This document shows, in pieces, positions 37,809-51,711 of a stretch of DNA of 64,000 nucleotides. The notes beneath the pieces were generated by a model. That model had not been told where the DNA came from. It ran no database searches and was given only the letters and a program-made list of their open reading frames with translations. Origin of the DNA: an uncultured delta proteobacterium. Lineage in GTDB: Bacteria; Myxococcota; Myxococcia; Myxococcales; Myxococcaceae. Each line of letters opens with the position of its first letter. Positions within the stretch are counted from its first letter, which is position 1. The position numbers were made by a program, and so were the translations under genes. The DNA is taken from positions 34,139 to 98,138 of the forward strand of contig CAVYSY010000023.1 in assembly GCA_963771175.1 (NCBI GenBank). Direction: 5' to 3'.

Positions 37809-38351
37809 TCACCCCAGGGACGGCCGCGGATGGCTGTAGGCGATATCGGCCAGTTCCTCGAAGGTGGGCGTGCGCCACGGCAGCGAGCGAGCCACCCGCC
37901 GCTCCTCGGCCCAGGCAATGAAGGTCTCGAGCTGCTCGGGGCTGGGCGAGACGCGCTGGCGCGCCCGCTTGGCCTGCGCGAGCGCCTCCAGCGGCGCGTG
38001 CCCGGTCTCCACCATCACACAGAGGGCCAGCAGCGCGCTGCGACCGATGCCGTGCTCACAGTGGATGTAGACCTTGTGGCCCTGGGTGAGCAGGTGGCGC
38101 ACCCACTGCACGCCCGCGTCGAGCATGTGGCGGCGGATGGCGCACAGGTCCTCGGTGGGCAGGTGCAGCAGGGAGATGCCGTGCTCGCGCAGGACGCGCG
38201 CGTCGTCACACGCCTCGCGGCGCACGTCGACGATGTGACGGATGGAGAGACTCCGGGCCAGATGCTCGGCGGCCTCGATGGGGAAGCGGCCCCCGACGGC
38301 CAGTTGCGGTGTCACCCAGTCCAGATTCAATCGCCAGGAGTGCTGCGCCAT
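37809..38351 (-). CDS. Dual-specificity protein phosphatase family protein
   Basis: VYIHCEHGIGRS (CX5R); LPTED acid loop; R...SPSPEQ. Confidence 0.88.
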   Translation of the reverse strand: MAQHSWRLNLDWVTPQLAVGGRFPIEAAEHLARSLSIRHIVDVRREACDDARVLREHGISLLHLPTEDLCAIRRHMLDAGVQWVRHLLTQGHKVYIHCEHGIGRSALLALCVMVETGHAPLEALAQAKRARQRVSPSPEQLETFIAWAEERRVARSLPWRTPTFEELADIAYSHPRPSLG

Positions 38352-38471
38352 CCACGCCTCCCCACCCGACCGCGACACCCCGTGAGCCGCCGCTGCCCGA
38401 AGCTAGGCATGCCCTCTCTGGGATGCCCCCACTCCAAGCGCGAGGACATGGCCGCCTGACTGGAGGGCGAC

Positions 38472-38792
38472 TCAGTGCCCGCTGGTGGCCTTCAGGCCCA
38501 CGATGGAGACGAGCATCAGCCCGAGGAAGAAGAGGCGCGCGGGAGTGGCGGGCTCGTGGAAGAGCACCATGCCCAACACGGCCGCCCCGAGCGCGCCGAT
38601 CCCCACCCACACCCCGTAGGCGGTGCCGATGGGGAGGTCGCGGGCGGCGATGCCCAACAGGCCCATGCTGGCGATGATGGCGAGGATGGTCAGGACACTG
38701 GGCACGAGCCGCGTGAAGCCCTCGGTGTACTTGAGCCCGATGGCCCAGCCCGTCTCCAGCAGCCCGGCGATGACCAGGAGAACCCACGACAT
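38472..38792 (-). CDS. sugE: SMR-family guanidinium exporter Gdx/SugE
   Basis: [21 protein letters not shown] and [14 protein letters not shown]; preceded by a guanidine riboswitch. Confidence 0.93.
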   Translation of the reverse strand: MSWVLLVIAGLLETGWAIGLKYTEGFTRLVPSVLTILAIIASMGLLGIAARDLPIGTAYGVWVGIGALGAAVLGMVLFHEPATPARLFFLGLMLVSIVGLKATSGH

Positions 38793-38810
38793 GACGCACT
38801 CCTCTCACGA

Positions 38811-38851
38811 GCGTCGTCTTGTCTTGACCGGGTACGGCGCACCTCGTCCGG
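38811..38851 (-). ncRNA. Guanidine-III (ykkC-III) riboswitch
   Basis: The minus strand reads CCGGACGAGGTGCGCCGTACCCGGTCAAGACAAGACGACGC, nearly identical to the guanidine-III pseudoknot aptamer as recalled. It ends just before the GAGGAG RBS of sugE. Confidence 0.88.
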
Positions 38852-39030
38852 GCCCGGCGAGCCCCACATGGGCAACCGGACGCACGGAACGGTAACAGCG
38901 CCCCCCTTCCGGGTCATCCCGCACAGCATTTCCACGAGCCATTCCGGGTTGTACTCCTGGGTGGACTTGAGAATTCGAGGCTGATACGGCCATCCGCCAC
39001 GGCAGACTCCTCCTCAACGGGAAATTGGCG

Positions 39031-41118
39031 ATGCACGGAGCTCACGACTTCCTCAAGGCCCTCGCGATGGTGCTCTGCGTCGCCGCGGTGACGACCGTCG
39101 TGTTCCAGCGACTGCGCCAGCCGGTCGTGCTCGGCTACATCATCGCGGGGCTCATCATCGGGCCGCACGTCCCCATCCCGCTCGTCGCCGACGCCACCAT
39201 CGTCCAGACGCTGTCGGAGCTCGGCGTCATCCTCCTCATGTTCTCGCTCGGGCTGGAGTTCAGCCTGCGCAAGCTGTTCCAGGTCGGACCGACGGCGGGC
39301 GTCACCGCCGTCATCCAGTGCAGCCTGATGATCTGGCTGGGCTTCGTCGTCGGCCGGGCCTTCGGCTGGACGGCGACGGAGAGCATCTTCACCGGCGCCA
39401 TCATCGCCATCTCCAGCACCACCATCATCGCCAAGGCCTTCGACGAGCAGGGCATCCGGGGCAAGCTGCGCGAGCTCGTCGTCGGGGTCCTCATCGTCGA
39501 GGACCTCATCGCCATCCTGCTCATGGCGACCCTCACGGCGATCTCCACGGGCGCGGGGCTCTCGGCGGGGCAGCTGGCGCTCACCGTCGGCCGGCTGGTC
39601 GCGTTCCTGGTGGGGCTCGTCGGCGTGGGGCTGCTGGTCATCCCGCGCACCGTCCGTGCCGTCCATCGCCTGAAGCGCCCGGAGACGACGCTGGTGGCGA
39701 GCGTCGGCATCTGCTTCGCCGTCGCGCTGCTGGCGCAGGAGTTCGGCTACTCGGTGGCGCTCGGCGCCTTCCTCGCGGGCTCGCTCGTCGCCGAGTCGGG
39801 GGAGGAGAAGGACATCGAGCACCTCGTGCAGCCGGTGCGCGACGTGTTCGCCGCCGTCTTCTTCGTCTCGGTGGGCATGCTCATCGATCCGGCGCTCATC
39901 GCCCAGCACTGGGTGGCCGTGGCCGTGCTGACCGGGGTGGTCATCCTCGGCAAGATCGTCGGGCGTGTCGCTGGGCGCGTTCCTCACCGGCAACGGCACG
40001 CGCACCTCGGTGCAGTCGGGCATGAGCCTGGCGCAGATCGGCGAGTTCTCCTTCATCATCGCCGGCCTCGGGCTCTCGCTGAGCGCCACCGGCCAGTTCC
40101 TCTACCCGGTGGCGGTGGCCGTCTCGGCGATCACCACGCTCACCACGCCCTGGCTCATCCGCGCCTCGGGTCCGGTCGCCAACTTCGTGGACCGGAAGCT
40201 GCCCAGGCCGCTGCAGACCTTCGCGACGCTCTACGGAAGCTGGGTGGAGGACCTCCGCGCCGTGCCGCCGCGACAGACCAGCGGCGCGAAGATCCGCCGC
40301 CTGGTGAGACTCCTGCTGCTCGATGCGGCCGCTGCTCGGCGCGCTCGTCATCGGCACGTCCGTCTCCCTCGGGGAGGATCGCCACGGCTATCGAGAGCCG
40401 GATCGGGCTGAGTGCCTCGGTGGCGCACCTGCTCGGACTGGGGCTCGCCATCTTCCTCGCGCTTCCGTTCTGCGTGGGAGTCGTCCGGCTCGCGCGCGCC
40501 CTGGGCGTGCTGCTCGCCGAGCTGGCCCTTCCCCCGACGGCCCCCGAGGGGAGGGTGGACCTGGCCGCCGCTCCGCGCCGGGCGCTCGTCGTGACGCTCC
40601 AGCTGGCGAGCATCCTCGCCGTGGGCGCGCCGCTCGTCGCCATCACGCAGCCCTTCCTGCCCGGCTTCCAGGGCGCGGCCGTGCTGCTCCTCCTGCTCGT
40701 CGTGCTCGGCGTCGGTTTCTGGCGCAGCGCCACCAACCTCCAGGGGCACGTGCGCGCGGGCTCCGAGGTCATCGTCGAGGCGCTCGCGAGACAGTCCCGA
40801 GGCAGGAGCAAGCAGCGGCACGGCGAGCCCTTGAGGGACATCCACCAGATGCTCCCCGGGCTGGGCGAGCCGACCCCCGTCCGACTCGAGGACTCCAGCC
40901 CGGCCGTGGGGCGGACGCTCGCGGAGCTGAACCTGCGCGGGATGACGGGTGCCACGGTGCTCGCCATCCAACGGGGTGAGGAGGGAGCGCTCATCCCCAC
41001 CGCGCACGAGACGCTGCGAGCGGGAGATGTCCTCGCGCTGGCCGGCACGCACGAGGCCATCGACGCGGCCCGGGCCGTGCTCGAGGGGAGCGCCCGGCAC
41101 CAGCCCGCGGTGTCCTGA
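39031..41118 (+). CDS. CPA2 cation:proton antiporter with C-terminal RCK-C/TrkA-C domain; frameshifts near 39960 and 40330-40375
   Basis: LGYIIAG, SSTTII, LIVEDL, LGAFLAG, QIGEFSFII (in ORF 39965..40411) and GRTLAELNLRGMTGATVLAI. Confidence 0.9.
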   Translation: MHGAHDFLKALAMVLCVAAVTTVVFQRLRQPVVLGYIIAGLIIGPHVPIPLVADATIVQTLSELGVILLMFSLGLEFSLRKLFQVGPTAGVTAVIQCSLMIWLGFVVGRAFGWTATESIFTGAIIAISSTTIIAKAFDEQGIRGKLRELVVGVLIVEDLIAILLMATLTAISTGAGLSAGQLALTVGRLVAFLVGLVGVGLLVIPRTVRAVHRLKRPETTLVASVGICFAVALLAQEFGYSVALGAFLAGSLVAESGEEKDIEHLVQPVRDVFAAVFFVSVGMLIDPALIAQHWVAVAVLTGVVILGKIVGRVAGRVPHRQRHAHLGAVGHEPGADRRVLLHHRRPRALAERHRPVPLPGGGGRLGDHHAHHALAHPRLGSGRQLRGPEAAQAAADLRDALRKLGGGPPRRAAATDQRREDPPPGETPAARCGRCSARSSSARPSPSGRIATAIESRIGLSASVAHLLGLGLAIFLALPFCVGVVRLARALGVLLAELALPPTAPEGRVDLAAAPRRALVVTLQLASILAVGAPLVAITQPFLPGFQGAAVLLLLLVVLGVGFWRSATNLQGHVRAGSEVIVEALARQSRGRSKQRHGEPLRDIHQMLPGLGEPTPVRLEDSSPAVGRTLAELNLRGMTGATVLAIQRGEEGALIPTAHETLRAGDVLALAGTHEAIDAARAVLEGSARHQPAVS

Positions 41119-41119
41119 C

Positions 41120-41905
41120 TCAGCGCCCGGAGGCCCCGGGCGTGCCCGCGTCCTCGGGTGGCGGTGGCCGCTGCACGGAGACCCGGTCCTCGAGCGGCAC
41201 GCGCCCCACGGACTGGCGGAACAGCTCCCACAGTGCCCGACGGTGGCCCTCGGGCGTGGTGGTGCCCTCCAGCAGCAGCCCCGCCCCGTGGTAGCTCACC
41301 ACGAGGCCCGAGCCCTTCAGCGCCGCGGACAGGGCCACGAGCTGCTCCTGAAGCACGGTCATCTCGAAGGTCAGCTCCAGCTCGCGCGCGAGGTACGCGT
41401 CCGTCTTCAGCAGCGTGAGCAGTGCCTCGCGGCAACGCCCGCTCTTCACGTCGGCCGTCAGGGTGCGCTCGGTGCCCTCGGTGGCCTTCAACCCCGGGCA
41501 CGCCTTGCGCGCGGCGGCCAGTAGCTCCGCGGAGGGCTCGGGCTCGGGAGGCCGTCCCGGCGCGCCCACCACCAGCCGCCACACCGCGAACTTCCCCTGC
41601 GCGTACAGCAGCAGCAGCGTGCGCCCCGGCTTCACCCCGGTAAGCAGCAGCTCGTTGCTCCCCTCGAGCACCTCCGCCGTGGCGATGGACGGGTCCTCCA
41701 CCTCTATCCACTCCACCGCGCTCAGCTTGTGGAAGCGCTCCTTGCCTGGCTCCAGCGGCATCGCGAGATCCACCGGCCACGCGGCGGCGAGCGGGGGGAA
41801 GAGGCACAGCAACAGGGCGGCCAGGGGAGCGAGCAGTCGGAAGGCCTGGAGCCCTTCCCGAGTCCAGGGGGAGCGGGAGTGGCTCACTGGTGGACGCACG
41901 CGCAT
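41120..41905 (-). CDS. Exported protein with a pilus-assembly N-terminal (T2SS-T3SS_pil_N-like) domain
   Basis: Signal peptide; VEDPSIATA...LLTGVKPGRT pattern. The start codon is uncertain. Confidence 0.65.
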   Translation of the reverse strand: MRVRPPVSHSRSPWTREGLQAFRLLAPLAALLLCLFPPLAAAWPVDLAMPLEPGKERFHKLSAVEWIEVEDPSIATAEVLEGSNELLLTGVKPGRTLLLLYAQGKFAVWRLVVGAPGRPPEPEPSAELLAAARKACPGLKATEGTERTLTADVKSGRCREALLTLLKTDAYLARELELTFEMTVLQEQLVALSAALKGSGLVVSYHGAGLLLEGTTTPEGHRRALWELFRQSVGRVPLEDRVSVQRPPPPEDAGTPGASGR

Positions 41906-41963
41906 CTCGACCCTCTAGGAAAGTGTGCGTGTCCTCTTACCACGCGGTATGTAGAGAAGCCCT

Positions 41964-43328
41964 ATGTCTACCTTGGTCCTCTGGACCGCCTGCCTGGCCC
42001 TCGTCTTCTTCCGGGGCTTCATCGCCGCCGCCGAGTCCGCCCTGTATGGGACCTCCGACCTGCGCGCGCAGGAGCTGGCGCAGGCCCATCCGGGCTCCGG
42101 GGACCGGGTACTCCGCCACAAGACCGAGCGAGAGGCCACGGCCACGGCCCTGCGAGTGGGCATGGTCCTCAGCGGCTTCCTCGCCGCGGCCATTGGAGCC
42201 TTCGTTCCGCCGCAGTTGCTCGACTTCACCCGGCTGGGCGAGGCCCCCTGGCTGGACGTGGCGACGGTGATGGCCGGCTCCCTGCTGGTGGGCCTGCTGG
42301 CCACGCTCGTGGAGGTGACGATGCGCGGCCTGGCCAACGCCGGCCCCGAGCGCTGGGCGCTGCGCCTCTCGTGGCTCGTCTCGCTGCTGGTGTTCATCTT
42401 CTTCCCGCCCATGCGCCTGCTCATGGGCCCCATCAACCTGGTGGCCCGCGGCTTCGGCCGCACCCTGCGCTTCGAGCCTCCGCCGCCGCCCCTCGAGGAG
42501 TTGGAGAAGCTGCTCGCGGCCCAGGCCGCCAGGGAGGAAGTGGACCAGAGCGCGCCCCAGCTCATCCGCTCCATCTTCGAGCTGTCCGACAAGCGCTGCC
42601 GCGATGTGATGGTGCCCCGCACCGAGGTGGTGTGCGTGGACATCTCCACCCCGCCCGATGACGTGCTGCGCCTGCTGGCCGAGGAGAACCACTCGCGCAT
42701 CCCCATCTACCGCGACGACGTGGACCACATCCTCGGCGTCCTCCACGCGCGAGACCTGATTCCGCTGCTGCAGCACCCCGAGCTCATCGTCCTGCAGGAC
42801 GTCATCCGCCCCGCCCACTTCGTCCCCTGGATGAAGCCCATTGGAGACCTGTTGCGCGAGATGCAGCGCAAGAAGATCCACATGGCCATCGTCGTGGACG
42901 AGTACGGCGGCTTCATGGGGATCGTGACGCTGGAGGACATCCTCCGCGAAATCGTCGGCGACATCGGCGACGAGTTCGAGGTGGAGGAGAAGCTGGTGGA
43001 GAAGCTGGCCGACGGCAGCTTCCTGGTGGACGCGGCGATGGAGGTGGACCAGTTCACCAAGGCCTTCGGCTTCTCGCTGCCGGACGGCGACTTCGACACG
43101 CTGGGAGGCTTCCTGTCCTCGCAGGCGGGCCACCTGCCGGACGTGGGCGAGCGCTTCACCTTCAACGGCTGGGCCTTCACCGTCCACGCCAAGGAAGGCG
43201 CGCGAGTCGACCGCGTGCGGCTGTCCAAGCTCAAGACGCCCACCAAGGAGCCCACGCCCACGCGCGAGTCCGTGGGCAAGGACGGCACCGGCAACAAGGA
43301 GCCCGCGAGCCAGGAGCTCAAGGCCTGA
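41964..43328 (+). CDS. CNNM/CBS/CorC (HlyC/CorC) family transporter
   Basis: AAESAL, VMVPR, HSRIPIY, VVDEYGG...TLEDILREIVG and DTLGG. Confidence 0.92.
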   Translation: MSTLVLWTACLALVFFRGFIAAAESALYGTSDLRAQELAQAHPGSGDRVLRHKTEREATATALRVGMVLSGFLAAAIGAFVPPQLLDFTRLGEAPWLDVATVMAGSLLVGLLATLVEVTMRGLANAGPERWALRLSWLVSLLVFIFFPPMRLLMGPINLVARGFGRTLRFEPPPPPLEELEKLLAAQAAREEVDQSAPQLIRSIFELSDKRCRDVMVPRTEVVCVDISTPPDDVLRLLAEENHSRIPIYRDDVDHILGVLHARDLIPLLQHPELIVLQDVIRPAHFVPWMKPIGDLLREMQRKKIHMAIVVDEYGGFMGIVTLEDILREIVGDIGDEFEVEEKLVEKLADGSFLVDAAMEVDQFTKAFGFSLPDGDFDTLGGFLSSQAGHLPDVGERFTFNGWAFTVHAKEGARVDRVRLSKLKTPTKEPTPTRESVGKDGTGNKEPASQELKA

Positions 43329-43344
43329 GCCCGCCGGTGAAGTC

Positions 43345-43815
43345 TCACTCCTGCGCGGGCGCGGTGGGCTGGAAGTTCTGGAGCCGCACGATGCGCTCGG
43401 CGCGGAAGGGCATGAGGCGCACCGTATCCCCGAAGGCCAGCGCCACCCCGCCGCCCACCTCCACGTGCCACATCCGCGCGGGAGCCTCGGCTCCACCGGT
43501 CTCCGACTGCAGGGGGAAGGACACCGTGAGGGTGCCGCGCTCGTCCGCCGCCAGGGGCATCCGCACCCCGCGCGTGCCCACCGCGTAGCGCCGGCCGTTC
43601 ATGCGCAGCTCGAAGTCCACCCCCGTCACCTGCGCGTCCCAGAAGGTGGGGTTCTCCACCGCCAGGCGCAGGGTGAGCGCACCGGAGCCCTCGGGCGTGA
43701 AGGCCAGGTCCATCTCCTCCACCTGCACCGCCTCGTCCAGCGCTTGCGGGCGCAGCGTCACCCCGGCACACCCGGACACCCACGGCAGCAACAGCAACAG
43801 GAACAGGTGGCGCAT
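43345..43815 (-). CDS. LEA type 2-like lipoprotein
   Basis: VSGC lipobox; LAVENP motif; start overlaps the kinase stop. Confidence 0.7.
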   Translation of the reverse strand: MRHLFLLLLLPWVSGCAGVTLRPQALDEAVQVEEMDLAFTPEGSGALTLRLAVENPTFWDAQVTGVDFELRMNGRRYAVGTRGVRMPLAADERGTLTVSFPLQSETGGAEAPARMWHVEVGGGVALAFGDTVRLMPFRAERIVRLQNFQPTAPAQE

Positions 43816-44732
43816 CAGCCCCCCAGGAGCGGCTTGAGCGCCTCCACCGAGAGCGACCATCCGGCGCGACGGCCCAGCACCTCCAGGGCGCGGATGAACT
43901 CCGCGGCCGACTGGAAGCGGCGCGCCTTGTCCGCGAAGAGCGCCTTGCGCACCACCTGCACCGCGTAGTCCGGCAGCTCCGGCACGAGGCTGGACAGCAG
44001 CGGCGCCCGAGCGTCGCGCACCTGGTGCATCATCTCCGCCTCGTTGTCCGCGGTGTGGAGGCGCCGGTTGGTCAGCAGCTCCCAGAGGAGCACGCCCGCC
44101 GAGTACAGATCGCTGCGCGCGTCCACCGTCAGGCCCAGCACCTGCTCCGGGCTCATGTACGGCAGCGTGCCGCGCAGCGCGCCCATGTCCCCGCGCATCA
44201 CGCCCTCCACGTCCGCCACGCCGAAGTCGGTGAGCTTCACGTCTCCCGTCACGCTCAGGAGGATGTTGGCCGGGTTGATGTCGCGGTGGACGATGGTGGT
44301 GCCCCCCTCGCCCACCTTCGCGCGGTGGATGTAGTCCAGCGCCTTGAGCACGCACCAGACGATGTAGCAGGCGGCATCCGGCGGCATCCCGGTCCCGGCC
44401 TTCATCAGGAGGTCCTGCATGAAGCCCAGGGTCCGACCGACCACCAGCTCCTGCACCATCAGGTAGTCCGACCCCGCCTTGAAGAGGCGGAAGGTGCGGA
44501 CGATGTGGGGGTGGCGCAGGCGCACGGTGAGCTTCGCCTCGTCGACGAAGGCCTTCACGTAGGCGCCATCGTTGCGGAACGCGGGCAGCAGCTTCTTGAG
44601 CACCACCTCATCCGGCTCGCCGGGTGAGCGCTGCGTCGTGGTGCGCGCACGCACCTGGTACACCTCGGCCATCCCGCCCACCGCGAGCCGACCAACGACC
44701 TCATACCCACCCAGGTCCGCTGCTTGCGCCAC
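43815..44732 (-). CDS. Ser/Thr protein kinase (soluble, kinase domain only)
   Basis: GGMAEVY, VLKK, HRDINPAN, DFG, YMSPEQ and DLYSAG. Confidence 0.92.
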   Translation of the reverse strand: MAQAADLGGYEVVGRLAVGGMAEVYQVRARTTTQRSPGEPDEVVLKKLLPAFRNDGAYVKAFVDEAKLTVRLRHPHIVRTFRLFKAGSDYLMVQELVVGRTLGFMQDLLMKAGTGMPPDAACYIVWCVLKALDYIHRAKVGEGGTTIVHRDINPANILLSVTGDVKLTDFGVADVEGVMRGDMGALRGTLPYMSPEQVLGLTVDARSDLYSAGVLLWELLTNRRLHTADNEAEMMHQVRDARAPLLSSLVPELPDYAVQVVRKALFADKARRFQSAAEFIRALEVLGRRAGWSLSVEALKPLLGG

Positions 44733-44767
44733 GGGCGAATCTTACAACGATTCGCCGTGTGCCCCCA

Positions 44768-46198
44768 CTATTCCGACGCCAGGGAGGCGAAGAGGCGCTC
44801 GTATTTCCGCGCGGACGCGGCCCAGGAGAAGTCCCGACCCATGCCCCGCCTCCGGAAGGCCACCAGCCGCTCGGGCTCGGCGTAGAGGGCCTGCGCCCGC
44901 CGCACCGCCGCCAGCAGCGCCGAGGGGTGGAAGGCCTCGAAGAGGATGCCGTCCCCGTCCAGCCCGCCCTCCACCGTGTCCACGAGGCCTCCGGTGGCCC
45001 GGACGATGGGCACCGTGCCGTAGCGCAGCGAGTACATCTGGTTGAGGCCGCACGGCTCGTAGCGGCTGGGCATGAGGAAGAAGTCCGCCCCCGCCTCCAC
45101 CAGGTGCGACAACCCCTGGTCGAACCCGATGAACGTGCCCACCTGCTGGGGGAAGTGGTGCTGGAGCGCGCGCAGGCCGTCCTCGTAGCGGCCCTCGCCG
45201 CTGCCCACCGCGACGAAGCGGATGTCCGACTGGAGGGCCTGGGGCATCACCTCCAGCAGCAGGTCCAGCCCCTTCTGCCAGGCCAGTCGCGAGATGATGC
45301 CGAACACCGGCGCCTCGGTGTCCGCCCGCAGCCCGAAGCGGCGCAGCAGCTCGCGCCGGCAGACGGCCTTCCCCTCCAGGTTGTTCGCCCCGTAGCGCGC
45401 CGGCAGGAGCGTGTCCGTCTCCGGGTTCCACTCGTGGACGTCGATGCCGTTGAGGATGCCGGTGAGGGCCCCCCGGCGCCGGCGCAGCAGCCCGTCCAGG
45501 CCGACGCCCCCTGCCGGCTCCTGAATCTCCTTCGCGTAGGTGGGCGAGACGGTGGTGAGGGCGTCGGCGAACACGATGCCGCCCTTGAGGAAGTTGACCG
45601 TGTCGTAGAACTCGAGCCCCTGCTCGGCGACGAAGAGGTCCCAGGGCAGCCCCAGCTCGTCCATGACGTGCTTCGCGAACTGCCCCTGGTAGGCGAGGTT
45701 GTGGATGGTGAAGACCGTCTTCGCCCGCGACAGGGCGGTGCCCTGGAAGCCGCGCCGGAGCGACACCGCCGTCAGCCCCGTCTGCCAGTCGTTGAGGTGG
45801 ATGATGTCCGGGTTGAAGCGCAGGCGCTGCGCGGCCTGGAGCGCTCCGATGGAGAGATAGGCGAAGCGGCGGTGGTTGTCCCCGAACTCGCCCCAGGCGT
45901 CGCCGTAGATGCCGGCGCGGCCGTAGAAGTGCTCGTTCTCCAGGAAGAGCAGCTCGAGGTTGGGAGACTGGCGCAGGGAGAGGATGGGACCGCGCTCGGT
46001 TCCGAAGGGGAAGCGCAGCTCCAGGTGGTGGCCGGTGGGGGTGAGCCGCTCGTCCTTGACCGCGGCATAGCGGGGCGAGATGACCTTCACCTCGTGGCCG
46101 AGCTCCGCGAGCGCCGCGGGCAGGGAGGCCGCCACGTCCCCGAGTCCACCCGTCTTGGAGAAGGGGGCGACTTCTGAGGCCACGAAGAGGATCTTCAT
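44768..46198 (-). CDS. glgA: Glycogen synthase
   Basis: KTGGLGDV, HLNDWQT, SRLAWQKG and PSRYEPCGLNQM. Confidence 0.96.
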   Translation of the reverse strand: MKILFVASEVAPFSKTGGLGDVAASLPAALAELGHEVKVISPRYAAVKDERLTPTGHHLELRFPFGTERGPILSLRQSPNLELLFLENEHFYGRAGIYGDAWGEFGDNHRRFAYLSIGALQAAQRLRFNPDIIHLNDWQTGLTAVSLRRGFQGTALSRAKTVFTIHNLAYQGQFAKHVMDELGLPWDLFVAEQGLEFYDTVNFLKGGIVFADALTTVSPTYAKEIQEPAGGVGLDGLLRRRRGALTGILNGIDVHEWNPETDTLLPARYGANNLEGKAVCRRELLRRFGLRADTEAPVFGIISRLAWQKGLDLLLEVMPQALQSDIRFVAVGSGEGRYEDGLRALQHHFPQQVGTFIGFDQGLSHLVEAGADFFLMPSRYEPCGLNQMYSLRYGTVPIVRATGGLVDTVEGGLDGDGILFEAFHPSALLAAVRRAQALYAEPERLVAFRRRGMGRDFSWAASARKYERLFASLASE

Positions 46199-46272
46199 GG
46201 AATGAGACGATGCCGTGTGTACTGCGCGAGTCAAACGCAAACGCGCGACTCGCACTCCGGGAGCGGGTTGGT

Positions 46273-46869
46273 ATGGTGGAGGACGTGGAACTCCCCAAGG
46301 ATCCGATTGAACGTTTCGCGGCCCTCTACGAGGAGGCGAAGCGCGCCATCCCCGTGGACCCCAACGCCATGATCGTGGCGTCGGTGGGACCCGACGGCAG
46401 GCCGTCCGCGCGCGTGGTGCTGCTGAAGGACTTCGATGCGCGCGGCTTCGTCTTCTTCACCAACCTGGAGAGCCGCAAGGGGCGCGAGCTGCTGGCGCAC
46501 CCGTGGGCCTCGCTCTGCTTCTTCTGGCAGCCGCTGGAGCGGCAGGTGCGGGTGGAGGGACGCGTGGAGCGGGTGTCGGACGAGGAGGCGGACGCGTACT
46601 TCCAGAGCCGGCCTCGCGGGAGCCAGGTGGGGGCGTGGGCGAGCCAGCAGAGCCAGCCGCTGCCGTCGCGCGAGTCCCTGGAGGCCCGCGTGGAGTCCCT
46701 GACGCGCCAGTACGAGGGCCAGCAGGTGCCCCGGCCGTCGCACTGGTCGGGCCTGCGGGTGGTGCCCGACCGCATCGAGTTCTGGCACGCGCGCCCGAGC
46801 CGGCTGCACGACCGGCTCCTCTATACGCGCGAGGGCAACAGCTGGAAGACGGACCTCCTCTACCCCTGA
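46273..46869 (+). CDS. pdxH: Pyridoxine/pyridoxamine 5'-phosphate oxidase (FprA in M. xanthus)
   Basis: PSARVVLLK, FFTNLESRKG, YFQSRPRGSQ and IEFW...RLHDR...LYP. Confidence 0.95.
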   Translation: MVEDVELPKDPIERFAALYEEAKRAIPVDPNAMIVASVGPDGRPSARVVLLKDFDARGFVFFTNLESRKGRELLAHPWASLCFFWQPLERQVRVEGRVERVSDEEADAYFQSRPRGSQVGAWASQQSQPLPSRESLEARVESLTRQYEGQQVPRPSHWSGLRVVPDRIEFWHARPSRLHDRLLYTREGNSWKTDLLYP

Positions 46870-46876
46870 GGCGGGC

Positions 46877-47574
46877 CTACCAGGGCAGCTCGGTGCCGTC
46901 GTGGCCGAAGAACCGCCCACCGTGCTCGGTGGTGAGCCGGTCGATGACGTTGTGCAGCATGCCCTGGACGGACTCCTCGGGGCGCAGGGGCGCCTCGGGG
47001 CCGCCCATGTCGGTTTGCACCCAGCCCGGGCTGAGGGCGATGGTGACGAAGCCCTCGTCCCGCAGTTCCAGGTGCATGTTGCGCATGGCCATGTTCAGGG
47101 CGACCTTGGAGATGCGGTAGCCGTAGAAGCCGCCCAGGTCGTTGGCGCCGATGGAGCCCAGGCCCGAGGAGATGTGGACGATCCGCCGGGAGGAGCCGCG
47201 CCTCAGCGCCGGCAGCAGGGCGTTGGTGAGGCGCAGGGTGCCCACGGTGTTGGTGGTGAAGGTGCTGGCCAGGTCCTCGTAGTCGAGCCCGTTCAGGGGC
47301 TGGTGCTCGCCCCTTGATGCCCGCGTTGTTGATGAGGACGTCCAGTGGCGGACCCTCGCCCACCGCGGCGGCGAAGGACTCGACGCTGCGGGCATCCGAG
47401 ACGTCGAGCGCATGGATGCGCAGCCGCCCCCCGGACTCGAGGGCGAGCCCCTGGAGCTGCCGCGCTTCGGCGGGAGCGCGGACCCCCGCCTCGATGGTGT
47501 CTCCTCGGATGAGGAGCTGACGAACGAATTCGAGACCCAGACCCCGACTGGCTCCAGTGATGGCGTATGCGCAT
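46877..47574 (-). CDS. csgA: C-signal short-chain dehydrogenase CsgA; frameshifts near 47568 and 47313
   Basis: Reconstructed MRYAITGASRGLGLEFVRQLLIRGDTIEAGVR...DVLINNAG...YGYRISK...PGWVQTDMGG...GTELPW. Convergent with pdxH/fprA and divergent from hemG, as recalled for M. xanthus. Confidence 0.88.
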
Positions 47575-47651
47575 GGCGTCCATTAATGCGGCCCGTGAGG
47601 ACAAAAGGCACGACGCCCTGCGGTACTTGACCCACGATGGATGCCGGTTGA

Positions 47652-51599
<3,948 letters not shown>

Positions 51600-51711
51600 G
51601 GGGTCGCCCCTGGCTCTACCACTGGCATAGTTCGGGAGGAAACGGGCCCTCCCGTACCAACCCACCGGGAATGGGCGTGCGGGCCCACGTTCGGAGTAGA
51701 ATGGGGAGAGC

